Below are positions 21,234 to 32,963 of a stretch of DNA of 64,000 nucleotides, one piece after another. The number at the start of each line of letters is the position of its first letter. Position 1 is the first letter of the stretch. The notes beneath the pieces were generated by a model that did not search any database, was not told the DNA's origin, and was given only the letters and a program-made list of their open reading frames with translations. The stretch is taken from the NCBI RefSeq assembly GCF_051903065.1, contig NZ_CP178438.1; one strand, written 5' to 3'. Position numbers and translations under genes: made by a program. Origin of the DNA: Escherichia coli (GTDB lineage: Bacteria > Pseudomonadota > Gammaproteobacteria > Enterobacterales > Enterobacteriaceae).

Positions 21234-22873
21234 TCACTCACTCTCCTGCAAGTTTGCAGAATATCATCCGCAGCCTGGTAATACTTCGTCTCAACGCCAG
21301 TTAATCCCAATAGCGTGGAGAATAAATTGTCTTGTGAATAGTGTTGCGTTTGCGCCTGTTTTTGCAGGCAGTTCTGGTCAACCTGATACCGTTTTTGATA
21401 ATCCTCCGACAGCCACAGCAGCATCGGCACCTGTTTTTGGCTATCCGGGGCGATGGCATAAGGCAGACCGTGCAGATAGATGCCATTTTCACCTAACGAT
21501 TCACCGTGGTCAGAAAGATAAACCAGGCTGGTGGTAAATTTATCCTGATGTTCTTTCAGCAGATTAATCGCTTTATCAACAATATAGTCGACGTAAACCA
21601 GCGTGTTGTCGTAAGTGTTCACCAGTTGCTCTTTGGTACAGGTCTGGATCTCATTGGTGTCGCAGGTTGGGGTAAATTTCCTGAACTGCGGCGGATAGCG
21701 GTTGTAATAGGTCGGACCGTGGCTGCCGATGGTGTGTAAGACAATCACGCCATCACCCTGCAGGTTATTGATGTACTCTTCCAGCCCGTGGAACAGCACT
21801 TCGTCATAGCATTCGCCGTTGATGCACTGACCAGGCAGATTCAGCGCGGTGACGTTCTGGTGAGGCACGCGGTCGCAGGCACCTTTACAGCCCCCATCGT
21901 TGTCATTCCACAGCACGTTGATGCCCGCTCGCTGAATGATATCCAGCACGCCTTCCTGGTGCTGTGCCAGCTCTTCTTTGTAATGCTCACGCGGCATATC
22001 CGAGAACATGCACGGTACTGAAACTGCCGTTGCCGTGCCGCAAGATGCGGTATTAGGGAAATAGACCACGTTATCTTTCGCCAACCGCGGGTTAGTTTCA
22101 CGCGGGTAGCCGTTGAGGGAGAAGTTCTCCGCCCGCGAGGTTTCGCCGACAATCAGGATGGTCAAATTTTTACGTTTTTCGTTCTGCATTAACGGGTTGC
22201 GGTGCGCGTCTTCACCAATTCGCACCAGCGGCAGATTTGCCAGTCGCTGATGGGAGTACCATGACCAGCTGGCAACAATGCTGTTAGAGGGGCTTAAGGA
22301 CTTCACCAGCTCTTTGTTGTTGCGGAACAACGAGGCGTAGTCTTTATAAAATAGTGCGGCGACCAGCAAAATCAGCAGTACAGAAACCAGAATATTGGCT
22401 CCACGGAAAAGAACACTGCGCAGACGCGAGGTGGCAGGTTTGATTTTTATCCAGCAGGCAATCAGCGCAGCAAGCACGCCGCTGAATCCCAGCGTTAATA
22501 ACATTTGCGGTGTCATCAACGCATAACTTTCTGCCGGAGTGGTATCAATAATATTGGCAATCATCGAGCGGTCGATGACGATGCCGTAAGTCATTATGAA
22601 ATATTGTGCAGCCGCGCCAACCAGAATAAACAGGCAGGCCAGCGGTCGATTAAGCCATAAGAAAGAGCTTAGTGTCAGGACAATATTAATCACGCTGAAG
22701 GCGACGACCGGCATCGACAAGAAAACCAGTACGTTATGCAGCGAGTCCAGCGGCAGCGCCTGCAACACCTGTTTAAAAAAGGCAATATTCAGGCAGATAG
22801 AGATATAAAAAGCGGCCAACAATAGCCAGGCGAGTAAATTCAAAGAGGGTCTTTTTAGTAGGCGCTTCAACAT
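21230..22873 (-). CDS. eptA: Lipid A phosphoethanolamine transferase EptA (PmrC)
   Basis: 547 aa from [14 protein letters not shown]; N-terminal membrane helices plus sulfatase-like domain; overlaps basR start. Confidence 0.92.
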   Translation of the reverse strand: MLKRLLKRPSLNLLAWLLLAAFYISICLNIAFFKQVLQALPLDSLHNVLVFLSMPVVAFSVINIVLTLSSFLWLNRPLACLFILVGAAAQYFIMTYGIVIDRSMIANIIDTTPAESYALMTPQMLLTLGFSGVLAALIACWIKIKPATSRLRSVLFRGANILVSVLLILLVAALFYKDYASLFRNNKELVKSLSPSNSIVASWSWYSHQRLANLPLVRIGEDAHRNPLMQNEKRKNLTILIVGETSRAENFSLNGYPRETNPRLAKDNVVYFPNTASCGTATAVSVPCMFSDMPREHYKEELAQHQEGVLDIIQRAGINVLWNDNDGGCKGACDRVPHQNVTALNLPGQCINGECYDEVLFHGLEEYINNLQGDGVIVLHTIGSHGPTYYNRYPPQFRKFTPTCDTNEIQTCTKEQLVNTYDNTLVYVDYIVDKAINLLKEHQDKFTTSLVYLSDHGESLGENGIYLHGLPYAIAPDSQKQVPMLLWLSEDYQKRYQVDQNCLQKQAQTQHYSQDNLFSTLLGLTGVETKYYQAADDILQTCRRVSE

Positions 22874-22919
22874 CACGGTGTTTCCATCGAACAAAGTGCG
22901 CATATGCTCGCAAAGCAAA

Positions 22920-22952
22920 ATTAAGCCAACCTTAAGTTCTTAAGGTTGGCTT
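22920..22952 (-). promoter_or_regulatory. PmrA/BasR box for eptA inside a perfect 14-bp inverted repeat that may also act as the adiC terminator hairpin
   Basis: Minus strand reads CTTAAG-gttgg-CTTAAT about 47 bp upstream of the eptA ATG; plus strand shows aagccaaccttaag / cttaaggttggctt arms followed by a T-run. Confidence 0.65.
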
Positions 22953-22976
22953 TTATCTTTGCTGGATTAAGGGGAA

Positions 22977-24314
22977 TTAATCTTTGCTTATTGGTGCATC
23001 TAAGGGATACGGGTTTTTATGCAGCCGGTTGTAATTCAGCGCATACATGGCGGTGATGACCATCAGGGTGACAAATGACCACATAACCTCTTTCGCCCCG
23101 GACCCCACCACGGCCCAGATGCAGTAGAGGAAGGCAATGGTAGTAACTGCCAGATATGCCGGGCGTGCTTTACCAAAGTGACCGTGTCCGAGCAGCAGTA
23201 ACGCCGCACAGGTGTAAAGATATGGCACCAGTGTAAAGATGACCGACACGGAAGAAACCAGACCGAATTCTTTGGTCGCGTTTGGTGAAATGCTGCTGAG
23301 CTGGAAGATGGTCATCAAAATACCGACGATAATCAGCCCCGCCACTGGCGTACCCGCTTTATTTACACGGGCAAAAATCGGTGGGAACAGTCCGTCATCG
23401 GCAGCGGCTTTCGCCGTTTGACCCGCCAGCAATGTCCAGCCGCCCAGTGAACCTAAGCAACCCGCAGCTGCGCAGAAGGAAACAATAGCCCCGGCGGTGT
23501 CACCCAACGCCATCCGTGCGGCATCACCGAATGGCGAGGCAGAAACGCGCAGTGCGGCATTAGGGATCATCCCCATAATCGCGGTGGTGGAGAGCACATA
23601 GCAAACGGCGGCAATCAATACCCCACCAATGGTGGCTATAGGGACGTTGCGTTTCGGGTTTTTCACCACACCTGCGGCAACGGAGGCACTTTCCACACCG
23701 ATGAACGACCACAGCGTAACGTTAAGGGTACTTTGAATTGCACCGAAGGTGCCCAGGCCGCTGACGTTCCATGCCGCCATATAGGTTTCACCACGAAACC
23801 AGAACCAGCCAAATACGGCAATCCCGACGATGGGGATCAGCGCCAGCACGGTGGCAACGGCCTGCACACGGGTGATCATTTTCGGACCGACAATGTTCAG
23901 CAGGACGAAGATCCACAGCACCACGACGCAGGTGATGGTTAATACCAATGGATCTTTCAGAATCGGGAAGAAGTAACTTAAATATCCTACGCCAATGACC
24001 ACCATGGCGATATTGCCGATCCAGCAGGCCAGCCAGTAGAGGACGTTGGTTTGATAACCGAGAAACGGGCCAAAGCAGCGGCGGGCGTAAGCGTAAGAAC
24101 CACCAGGACTTGGGTCGAGGAACGACATTTTGGCGTATACCATCGAGAGCCCCAGCGCACCGATAATCGTCACCAACCATCCATAAATGGCAATCCCGCC
24201 AGTGGAGGCCAGGTTTGCAGGTAACAGAAAAACACCTGACCCCATAATATTCCCCGACACCATCAGGGTGACGGGGATTAAGCCCACTTTGTGAGCATCA
24301 GCATCCGAAGACAT
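22977..24314 (-). CDS. adiC: Arginine:agmatine antiporter AdiC
   Basis: 445 aa APC-family transporter. Confidence 0.93.
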
Positions 24315-24450
24315 AATTAAACTCCTGCGAAGGCGAGCTTCGTGACAATAAATTACGTCATATCATACGCCTGCATTCGATAGTTGAATTATTATCGACC
24401 GGGTTATCGCTGATGCCGTTATTAATATAGCTCTTCGTTAAGGTTAAAAA

Positions 24451-25212
24451 TCAGGCGACAGTGCGTTCTCTGTGCTGACTAACATAATGCAGCGGCGTCA
24501 TACCGTAGAAGTCTTTAAAGACAGAAATAAAGTACGACGTACTGTTGTAGCCGCAGGACTGTGATACCTGAGAGATATTTTTACCGTCCATCATTAATTC
24601 ATTTACGGCATAACGCATGCGGCAGGTGGTGATTATTTGGCTATAACTGGTGTTTTCGCTTTTCAGCTTTTTCTTTAACAGACTTGGGCTAAGACATAAA
24701 CAACTGGCTACCATACTAAGATTCCAGTCTTTGTGAATATCGCTTTCAATAATTTGATAAACGCTGTCACTTACACAATTACGTAACATATACATCATTA
24801 ATGAAAGGAATTTTTTACTGTCGAGAAAACGGGATAGCACCGTGAATAATAATGCGCGTGTTCGTTCCTTTTCTGACTCAGTTTCTGCGGGCATCATGCT
24901 GTGTTGCGCGGCAACGCGAAAGACGTCTGGTGTCAGGCATGGCAGGGTGAGGATGGGCGTAGCGCTACGTTGCCATACTGGTATTTGCGAGAGATCTTTA
25001 TTCAGAAACCGGAGGTAATCTTTGATGATGTCGTGACTAATATGAGCAACCAAAGTGTTGTTAAGAGAGGAGACGTCGATAATATTATTTTCACAATTTA
25101 ATAACGCCATATGGTTAGCTTTAAGGCTAATAGGTTCTTTCCCATTCACCCTTATCCAGACATCTTTTTCAGTCAATAAAACAATACAAGGTTGGTCGCT
25201 GCAAATCCTCAT
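24451..25212 (-). CDS. adiY: AraC-family transcriptional regulator AdiY
   Basis: 253 aa; C-terminal AraC-type HTH; AT-rich gene. Confidence 0.9.
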   Translation of the reverse strand: MRICSDQPCIVLLTEKDVWIRVNGKEPISLKANHMALLNCENNIIDVSSLNNTLVAHISHDIIKDYLRFLNKDLSQIPVWQRSATPILTLPCLTPDVFRVAAQHSMMPAETESEKERTRALLFTVLSRFLDSKKFLSLMMYMLRNCVSDSVYQIIESDIHKDWNLSMVASCLCLSPSLLKKKLKSENTSYSQIITTCRMRYAVNELMMDGKNISQVSQSCGYNSTSYFISVFKDFYGMTPLHYVSQHRERTVA

Positions 25213-25391
25213 ACATGTACTCCTGAGTGCGAATAAAAGACCAGTTCTCGCTAAAGCAAAGCGATACCGGGAAATGGTTATATAATTGTATGATGAATAT
25301 AAACATGCATAAAAATAACGAGTTTTACTAATATTACAAATTTTTATAAAAATTTCTCATGTACATATTTTTTTACAGGGTAAATAACAGG

Positions 25392-25420
25392 CAAAAAAAA
25401 GCGCGGGGTGGGGCCGCGCA
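25392..25420 (-). terminator. Intrinsic terminator downstream of adiA
   Basis: GC hairpin gcgcggggtggggccgcgc followed on the minus strand by a run of eight T. Confidence 0.7.
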
Positions 25421-25536
25421 AAAAGTATGACATTTTTGTTTGCAGCAATTTTTATGAAAACGTTGCCATACTCAAAAGGCCTAAGGCCAGGCGGCGTAAT
25501 GTTATTTAAACAATTACGCCTTCAGCGGAATAGTGG

Positions 25537-27804
25537 TTACGCTTTCACACACATAACGTGGTAAATACCGTCAATAATTTCAGTCCCTTCAGTTTCGTGT
25601 TCAAATCCAGGGAAATGATGGTCCCAGGATTGCAGCGAGCGTAAATAACTTACTTGCGGACTGTTTTTATCGCCGAAGTTTTCACCAGACAGCAGCATCG
25701 GGATTCCTGGCGGATACGGGATAACTGAGTTTGCCGCGATACGTCCTGGCAGATTTTCAATGGATACCAGTTCGACATTGTTGTCGACAATCGCGTTGTA
25801 CGCTTCACGCGGGGTGATTTCCGCCACCGGCAGGCCGGAATAGGCTTCGTTCAACCGTGCGCCAGGGTTGTGTTCTTTCAGCCAGGCAAACATGGTGTCA
25901 CCCAGATCGTGAATCCCCATGTTCGCATAAGTGTCAGGATATTGTTCAACAAGTTCCGGCATCACCTGCGCCAGCGGTGTGTTGGCGTCATAGTGGCGTT
26001 TGAAGGAGCAAAGGGTGTTAACCAGAGTCCCCCATTTCCCACGGGTTACGCCCATAGAGAACAGGAACATAATTTGGAAGTCAGTGGTGCGGGTAGGCAC
26101 AATGCCGTGGCGACCAAGCCAGGCAGTGACCAGCGCCGCCGGAACACCGGTTTCTTCCAGTTCACCATCTTCACCCATTCCCGGAGCAAGGATGCTGACT
26201 TTAATCGGGTCGAGCATACTCCAGTTATCCGGAATATCTTTGAAGCCGTGCCAGCTTTCGCCCGGATGCATTACCCAGCAGTCCTGAACGGTGGTCAACA
26301 GTTTGGTTGGCGCGTCAGCAAAGTCATAGGTTTTGCCGGTTTGTGGGTCGGTGACGACTTCTTTGTTCCACGGTTTGAAGAACCAGCTACCGTCAGCGGT
26401 GAACTCTTTATACAGCCGCGCCATCGCCTGACGGAAATCAACCGCTTCGTCGATCACTTCCTGCGTCAGTGACAGGCCACTGTTGCCGTCCATCATCGAC
26501 ACCGCCACGTCGTTGGATGCGCAGATGGCATACAGCGGGGAGGTGGTGGCATGCATCATGTAGGCCTGGTTGAAGCGGGAGAAGTTAATCGCCCCACGAC
26601 CTTCACGTACATGAATATAAGAGGCCTGTGACAGCGCATTCAGTAGTTTGTGGGTGGAGTGGGTGGCGAAAACGGTAGGACCGTTGTGATCGCCAGGTTC
26701 GCCGCGCATGGCATAGTGATCGGCATAGATCGGGTTGAAACGTGCATAGCCGTACCAGGCTTCGTCAAAGTGCAGACGATCGGAGGTTTTTTCCAGCAGA
26801 TCCTGCGCTTCTTTAGCGTTATAACACACGCCGTCATAGGTGCAGTTGGTCACCACGCAGTAAGACGGTTTTTGCCCGGCTTTGTCTTTAGTCAGCGGGC
26901 TTTCACTGATTTTCTTCTGCAAGGTTTCAGGTTGCATTTCCTGCGGATAGATTGGCCCGATAATGCCGTAGCGGTTGCGGCTTGGCACCATGTAGACCGG
27001 TTTCGCGCCTGTCAGCATCAAACCTTGTTCGATGGATTTATGGCAGTTACGGTCAACAACCACGACATCGTTATCGGTCATGCAAGCCTGCATGATGGTG
27101 CGGTTAGAGCCGGAAGTACCGACGACTACCGACCAGGAGCGATCGGCACCAAATACGCGTGCGGCATATTTTTCGCTTTCGCCAAATGCGCCAGTATGGT
27201 CAAGCAAAGAACCGAGGGAAGTTCGTTCGATGCCCATGTCGGTGCGGAACAGATTTTCACCATAGTAGTCATGGTAGAAACGTCCGGCGGGTGTTTTGGT
27301 AAAACCAACGCCGCCCTGGTGGCCTGGCGCTGCCCAGGAATATTCATGGATGTCGCTATATTTCATCAGCGCGCTGAACAGTGGCGGCAACAGCTGCTGG
27401 CGGTAGCGGGTCATCGCGGCAACGGCGCGTCCGGCGATAAAGTCGGCGGTATCTTCCAGAATCCAGGCGAATTCATCGACAAGCTCCAGCAGGTCGCGAT
27501 CCATTGCGGCGAGGGCTTTTTCCCGATCGCCCAACAGGAAGACCGGCACGTTTTGTTGGCGCTCATGAAGCTTACCGATCAATTGTCTGACGTTTTGATG
27601 TTCGTCCGGATGTTCCATTTGATAGCTGAACATCAGGCAGTCAATGGCTTCGTTTGAAGAGAGAATGGCAAAACCATCATCAAAGGAGGTGGATTTAATC
27701 ACGGTAACATTTTGCTGGTTTAAAGCATCTGCCAGACGCTCAACAGCGTTACCGACCCAGGTGTCTTGATGGAGAAACTCGCTTTCAACAATTAATACTT
27801 TCAT
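25537..27804 (-). CDS. adiA: Biodegradative arginine decarboxylase AdiA
   Basis: 755 aa from MKVLIVESEF (a second in-frame ATG lies one codon upstream); PLP-dependent decarboxylase. Confidence 0.93.
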   Translation of the reverse strand: MKVLIVESEFLHQDTWVGNAVERLADALNQQNVTVIKSTSFDDGFAILSSNEAIDCLMFSYQMEHPDEHQNVRQLIGKLHERQQNVPVFLLGDREKALAAMDRDLLELVDEFAWILEDTADFIAGRAVAAMTRYRQQLLPPLFSALMKYSDIHEYSWAAPGHQGGVGFTKTPAGRFYHDYYGENLFRTDMGIERTSLGSLLDHTGAFGESEKYAARVFGADRSWSVVVGTSGSNRTIMQACMTDNDVVVVDRNCHKSIEQGLMLTGAKPVYMVPSRNRYGIIGPIYPQEMQPETLQKKISESPLTKDKAGQKPSYCVVTNCTYDGVCYNAKEAQDLLEKTSDRLHFDEAWYGYARFNPIYADHYAMRGEPGDHNGPTVFATHSTHKLLNALSQASYIHVREGRGAINFSRFNQAYMMHATTSPLYAICASNDVAVSMMDGNSGLSLTQEVIDEAVDFRQAMARLYKEFTADGSWFFKPWNKEVVTDPQTGKTYDFADAPTKLLTTVQDCWVMHPGESWHGFKDIPDNWSMLDPIKVSILAPGMGEDGELEETGVPAALVTAWLGRHGIVPTRTTDFQIMFLFSMGVTRGKWGTLVNTLCSFKRHYDANTPLAQVMPELVEQYPDTYANMGIHDLGDTMFAWLKEHNPGARLNEAYSGLPVAEITPREAYNAIVDNNVELVSIENLPGRIAANSVIPYPPGIPMLLSGENFGDKNSPQVSYLRSLQSWDHHFPGFEHETEGTEIIDGIYHVMCVKA

Positions 27805-28002
27805 CATTGCTTACCCGGTTATGAAGGAATCTTCGTTGCGGGCAAGTATCTTCCGGCCTTTTCGGGCTGTAAAGCGCGTAAAAAACAAACATTTTTGAAA
27901 TATTTGTTTTTATAAACAATATGTTATGTGATTATTTTAAATTATTTTCACTGCTTATTATCGACGTCTAAACTATTTTTTGGGCTGATACTGATATCGT
28001 CT

Positions 28003-28911
28003 TTAGCCGGGAAACGTCTGGCGGCGCTGTTGGCTAAGTTTGCGGTATTGTTGCGGCGACATGCCGACATATTTGCCGAACGTGCTGTAAAAACGACTAC
28101 TTGAACGAAAGCCTGCCGTCAGGGCAATATCGAGAATACTTTTATCGGTATCGCTCAGTAACGCGCGAACGTGGTTGATGCGCATCGCGGTAATGTACTG
28201 TTTCATCGTCAATTGCATGACCCGCTGGAATATCCCCATTGCATAGTTGGCGTTAAGTTTGACGTGCTCAGCCACATCGTTGATGGTCAGCGCCTGATCA
28301 TAGTTTTCGGCAATAAAGCCCAGCATCTGGCTAACATAAAATTGCGCATGGCGCGAGACGCTGTTTTTGTGTGTGCGCGAGGTTTTATTGACCAGAATCG
28401 GTTCCCAGCCAGAGAGGCTAAATCGCTTGAGCATCAGGCCAATTTCATCAATGGCGAGCTGGCGAATTTGCTCATTCGGACTGTTTAATTCCTGCTGCCA
28501 GCGGCGTACTTCAAACGGGCTAAGTTGCTGTGTGGCAAGTGATTTGATCACCATGCCGTGAGTGACGTGGTTAATCAGGTCTTTATCCAGCGGCCAGGAG
28601 AGAAACAGATGCATCGGCAGATTAAAAATCGCCATGCTCTGACAGGTTCCGGTATCTGTTAGTTGGTGCGGTGTACAGGCCCAGAACAGCGTGATATGTC
28701 CCTGATTGATATTCACTTTTTCATTGTTGATCAGGTATTCCACATCGCCATCGAAAGGCACATTCACTTCGACCTGACCATGCCAGTGGCTGGTGGGCAT
28801 GATATGCGGTGCGCGAAACTCAATTTCCATCCGCTGGTATTCCGAATACAGCGACAGCGGGCTGCGGGTCTGTTTTTCGTCGCTGCTGCACATAAACGTA
28901 TCTGTATTCAT
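28003..28911 (-). CDS. melR: AraC-family melibiose operon activator MelR
   Basis: 302 aa; C-terminal AraC HTH; divergent from melA. Confidence 0.92.
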   Translation of the reverse strand: MNTDTFMCSSDEKQTRSPLSLYSEYQRMEIEFRAPHIMPTSHWHGQVEVNVPFDGDVEYLINNEKVNINQGHITLFWACTPHQLTDTGTCQSMAIFNLPMHLFLSWPLDKDLINHVTHGMVIKSLATQQLSPFEVRRWQQELNSPNEQIRQLAIDEIGLMLKRFSLSGWEPILVNKTSRTHKNSVSRHAQFYVSQMLGFIAENYDQALTINDVAEHVKLNANYAMGIFQRVMQLTMKQYITAMRINHVRALLSDTDKSILDIALTAGFRSSSRFYSTFGKYVGMSPQQYRKLSQQRRQTFPG

Positions 28912-28974
28912 GGATGGCTCTCTTTCCTGGAATATCAGAATTATGGCAGGAGTGAGGGAGGATGACTGCGAGTG

Positions 28975-29005
28975 GGAGCACGGTTTTCACCCTCTTCCCA
29001 GAGGG
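28975..29005. repeat. Second copy of the GC-rich hairpin motif (ccctcttcccagaggggcgagggga)
   Basis: Shares a core of about 25 bp with the element at 1515-1650. Confidence 0.5.
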
Positions 29006-29061
29006 GCGAGGGGAGTGTCCGAGCATCATGAGGCCGAAAACTCTGCTTTTCAGGTAAATTA

Positions 29062-29115
29062 TTCCCATAAACTCAGATTTACTGCTGCTTCACGCAGGAT
29101 CTGAGTTTATGGGAA
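29062..29115. promoter_or_regulatory. Perfect 17-bp inverted repeat in the melAB promoter region, consistent with a pair of MelR operator sites
   Basis: ttcccataaactcagat ... atctgagtttatgggaa, arm centres about 38 bp apart, 80-130 bp upstream of the melA ATG. Confidence 0.55.
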
Positions 29116-29193
29116 TGCTCAACCTGGAAGCCGGAGGTTTTCTGCAGATTCGCCTGCCATGATGAAGTTATTCAAGCAAGCCAGGAGATCTGC

Positions 29194-30549
29194 ATGATGT
29201 CTGCACCCAAAATTACATTTATCGGCGCTGGTTCGACGATTTTCGTTAAAAATATTCTTGGTGATGTGTTCCATCGCGAGGCGCTGAAAACGGCGCATAT
29301 TGCCCTGATGGACATTGACCCCACCCGCCTGGAAGAGTCGCATATTGTGGTGCGTAAGCTGATGGATTCAGCAGGGGCCAGCGGCAAAATCACCTGCCAC
29401 ACCCAACAGAAAGAAGCCTTAGAGGATGCCGATTTTGTCGTGGTGGCATTTCAGATTGGCGGTTATGAACCTTGCACGGTGACTGATTTCGAGGTCTGTA
29501 AGCGGCATGGTCTGGAACAAACCATTGCCGATACGTTGGGGCCGGGCGGTATTATGCGCGCGCTACGTACCATTCCGCACCTGTGGCAAATTTGCGAGGA
29601 CATGACGGAAGTCTGCCCCGATGCCACCATGCTCAACTACGTTAACCCAATGGCGATGAATACCTGGGCGATGTATGCCCGCTATCCGCATATCAAACAG
29701 GTAGGGCTGTGCCATTCGGTGCAGGGAACGGCGGAAGAGCTGGCGCGTGACCTCAATATCGACCCGGCTACGCTGCGTTACCGTTGCGCAGGTATCAACC
29801 ATATGGCGTTTTACCTGGAGCTGGAGCGCAAAACCGCCGACGGCAGTTACGTGAATCTCTACCCGGAACTGCTGGCGACTTATGAAGCAGGGCAGGCACC
29901 GAAGCCGAATATTCACGGCAATACTCGCTGCCAGAATATTGTGCGCTATGAAATGTTCAAAAAGCTGGGCTACTTCGTCACGGAATCGTCAGAACATTTT
30001 GCTGAGTACACACCGTGGTTTATTAAGCCAGGTCGTGAGGATTTGATTGAGCGTTATAAAGTACCGCTGGATGAGTACCCGAAACGCTGCGTCGAGCAGC
30101 TGGCGAACTGGCATAAAGAGCTGGAGGAGTATAAGAACGCCTCCCGGATTGATATTAAACCGTCACGGGAATATGCCAGCACAATCATGAACGCTATCTG
30201 GACTGGCGAGCCGAGTGTGATTTACGGCAACGTCCGTAACGATGGTTTGATTGATAACCTGCCACAAGGATGTTGCGTGGAAGTAGCCTGTCTGGTTGAT
30301 GCTAATGGCATTCAGCCGACCAAAGTCGGTACGCTACCTTCGCATCTGGCCGCCCTGATGCAAACCAACATCAACGTACAGACGCTGCTGACCGAAGCTA
30401 TTCTTACGGAAAATCGCGACCGTGTTTACCACGCCGCGATGATGGACCCGCATACTGCCGCCGTGCTGGGCATTGACGAAATATATGCTCTTGTTGACGA
30501 CCTGATTGCCGCCCACGGCGACTGGCTACCAGGCTGGTTGCACCGTTAA
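29194..30549 (+). CDS. melA: Alpha-galactosidase MelA (NAD/Mn-dependent, GH4)
   Basis: 451 aa; N-terminal Rossmann motif FIGAGSTIF. Confidence 0.93.
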   Translation: MMSAPKITFIGAGSTIFVKNILGDVFHREALKTAHIALMDIDPTRLEESHIVVRKLMDSAGASGKITCHTQQKEALEDADFVVVAFQIGGYEPCTVTDFEVCKRHGLEQTIADTLGPGGIMRALRTIPHLWQICEDMTEVCPDATMLNYVNPMAMNTWAMYARYPHIKQVGLCHSVQGTAEELARDLNIDPATLRYRCAGINHMAFYLELERKTADGSYVNLYPELLATYEAGQAPKPNIHGNTRCQNIVRYEMFKKLGYFVTESSEHFAEYTPWFIKPGREDLIERYKVPLDEYPKRCVEQLANWHKELEEYKNASRIDIKPSREYASTIMNAIWTGEPSVIYGNVRNDGLIDNLPQGCCVEVACLVDANGIQPTKVGTLPSHLAALMQTNINVQTLLTEAILTENRDRVYHAAMMDPHTAAVLGIDEIYALVDDLIAAHGDWLPGWLHR

Positions 30550-30651
30550 AACGCGACTAAACGCTACTGCGCCGGGGGATTTATTCCGGCGCACACCTCT
30601 GACGATACCAATAACAGAAGGCGGGCGTTGGTAACAGCGACCCGATACCCT

Positions 30652-32073
30652 ATGAGCATTTCAATGACTACAAAACTCAGTTATGGATTTGGAGCGTTCG
30701 GGAAGGATTTTGCGATCGGCATTGTGTATATGTACCTCATGTATTACTACACCGATGTCGTCGGGCTGTCTGTGGGTTTGGTCGGTACTTTGTTTCTGGT
30801 GGCGAGGATCTGGGATGCTATTAACGATCCGATTATGGGATGGATTGTAAATGCTACGCGATCGCGATGGGGTAAGTTCAAACCCTGGATCCTGATCGGT
30901 ACGTTGGCAAACTCTGTAATCTTATTTCTCCTCTTTAGTGCGCATCTGTTTGAAGGTACTACTCAGATTGTCTTTGTTTGCGTGACCTACATCCTCTGGG
31001 GCATGACTTACACCATTATGGATATTCCCTTCTGGTCGCTGGTTCCAACCATCACGCTCGATAAACGTGAGCGTGAACAACTGGTTCCTTATCCGCGTTT
31101 TTTTGCCAGTCTGGCGGGCTTTGTTACGGCAGGTGTGACGCTACCATTTGTTAATTATGTCGGCGGTGGCGATCGGGGATTTGGCTTTCAGATGTTCACA
31201 CTGGTACTGATCGCCTTTTTTATTGTTTCAACCATCATCACTCTGCGCAATGTGCATGAAGTCTTTTCGTCAGACAATCAACCGTCTGCTGAAGGAAGCC
31301 ATCTGACACTTAAAGCCATCGTTGCGCTTATTTATAAAAACGATCAGCTTTCATGCCTCTTGGGTATGGCTCTTGCTTATAATGTAGCCAGCAATATTAT
31401 TACCGGCTTTGCTATCTATTATTTCTCATATGTTATCGGTGATGCGGATTTATTCCCCTATTATCTGTCGTATGCGGGAGCTGCTAACCTGGTGACGTTA
31501 GTATTCTTCCCACGCTTAGTTAAATCATTATCCCGACGCATTTTATGGGCCGGAGCATCTATTCTTCCGGTGTTAAGCTGTGGTGTTCTCCTGTTAATGG
31601 CATTAATGAGCTATCACAACGTCGTCCTCATTGTGATTGCGGGTATCTTGCTGAATGTGGGAACGGCGCTTTTCTGGGTATTACAGGTCATCATGGTGGC
31701 AGATACCGTTGATTACGGTGAATATAAACTGCACGTACGCTGTGAAAGCATCGCTTACTCCGTGCAGACTATGGTGGTGAAGGGCGGTTCAGCCTTTGCG
31801 GCTTTTTTCATTGCGGTTGTGTTAGGGATGATTGGCTATGTACCGAATGTTGAACAGTCTACGCAAGCCCTATTAGGTATGCAGTTTATTATGATTGCTC
31901 TACCGACTCTGTTTTTCATGGTAACGCTGATTCTCTACTTCCGTTTCTATCGCCTCAATGGCGACACGCTGCGCAGGATCCAGATTCATCTGCTGGATAA
32001 ATATCGCAAAGTACCGCCCGAGCCTGTTCATGCTGATATTCCGGTCGGTGCAGTGAGTGATGTGAAAGCCTGA
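30652..32073 (+). CDS. melB: Melibiose:cation symporter MelB
   Basis: 473 aa from [20 protein letters not shown]; track ORF starts 8 codons upstream. Confidence 0.92.
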   Translation: MSISMTTKLSYGFGAFGKDFAIGIVYMYLMYYYTDVVGLSVGLVGTLFLVARIWDAINDPIMGWIVNATRSRWGKFKPWILIGTLANSVILFLLFSAHLFEGTTQIVFVCVTYILWGMTYTIMDIPFWSLVPTITLDKREREQLVPYPRFFASLAGFVTAGVTLPFVNYVGGGDRGFGFQMFTLVLIAFFIVSTIITLRNVHEVFSSDNQPSAEGSHLTLKAIVALIYKNDQLSCLLGMALAYNVASNIITGFAIYYFSYVIGDADLFPYYLSYAGAANLVTLVFFPRLVKSLSRRILWAGASILPVLSCGVLLLMALMSYHNVVLIVIAGILLNVGTALFWVLQVIMVADTVDYGEYKLHVRCESIAYSVQTMVVKGGSAFAAFFIAVVLGMIGYVPNVEQSTQALLGMQFIMIALPTLFFMVTLILYFRFYRLNGDTLRRIQIHLLDKYRKVPPEPVHADIPVGAVSDVKA

Positions 32074-32096
32074 CGTGGACAATAGCTAACGAAAAT

Positions 32097-32123
32097 GGCC
32101 TGATGTGATATGTTTATCAGGCC
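32097..32123 (+). terminator. Hairpin downstream of melB (possible terminator or degenerate REP)
   Basis: ggcctgat..atcaggcc stem; no clean U-tract. Confidence 0.4.
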
Positions 32124-32156
32124 ACGTCTTAATGTAATGCTTTGGATTTGCAAATT

Positions 32157-32198
32157 TTGTAGACCGGATAAGGAATTCACGCCGCATCCGGCATCAAC
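32157..32198. repeat. REP element between melB and yjdF
   Basis: tgtagaccggataaggaattcacgccgcatccggca read directly. Confidence 0.8.
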
Positions 32199-32211
32199 AA
32201 AGTGCACGTTG

Positions 32212-32841
32212 TTATCCGGTTATCAAGCCAAAGCGCCGTAGCTGACGGCAATGAAAGCGAGCGAGGAATATCACCGTGGTTAATGCGCCAAGCAGCGCGC
32301 AGAACATATCGGATTGCGTGTCCCACTGGTCGCCCTGGGTGCCGAGAAAATCATCCGCTCCCTGACCCATTGCCAGCGCCGCCCACCACTCGATTAATTC
32401 ATACATCGCGCTTATCGCCAGCGCCACGCAACAGACCAGAAACGCCACCATTTTACGTCCGCGAACGTACATCCCGCGCACAAGGATCTCACGTGCCACC
32501 AGTGCAGGCACCAGCCCCTGGAAAAAATGCCCCAGCTTGTCATACGGATTACGGCTCAACTTCAGCCATTCCTGCACCTCAAAACCAACGGGGACTTTCG
32601 CGTAGGTGTATTGTCCGCCGACCATCAGGATGATGGCGTGAAAGAAAATGAGCGTATAAAGCAGCGGCGTTAACGGATAACGTTTCGCGGTGGCAAGGAG
32701 TAGCGGCACGACAATAATCACCGGTGTCACTTCCATCAGCCAGGTGAGTTTGTCATGGGCCGAAATGCCGGTATAAATCAGGATTAACGTTAGCGCCAGT
32801 GCGCCGGTGTTAAGAATTAACGGCTTGAGTGTGCGGGTCAT
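32212..32841 (-). CDS. yjdF: Inner membrane protein YjdF
   Basis: 209 aa, multiple hydrophobic helices. Confidence 0.85.
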   Translation of the reverse strand: MTRTLKPLILNTGALALTLILIYTGISAHDKLTWLMEVTPVIIVVPLLLATAKRYPLTPLLYTLIFFHAIILMVGGQYTYAKVPVGFEVQEWLKLSRNPYDKLGHFFQGLVPALVAREILVRGMYVRGRKMVAFLVCCVALAISAMYELIEWWAALAMGQGADDFLGTQGDQWDTQSDMFCALLGALTTVIFLARFHCRQLRRFGLITG

Positions 32842-32963
32842 GGTGAGTTCGCAAGTCAGGGAAAATACTGACTATTCACCAGCAAGCGTGAAATTACAAT
32901 CGCAAAAGAGGTGGCCCAGGGGGATCACCTGGCAGCATGCTGCCAGGCGCTGGGCCGAAGAGG

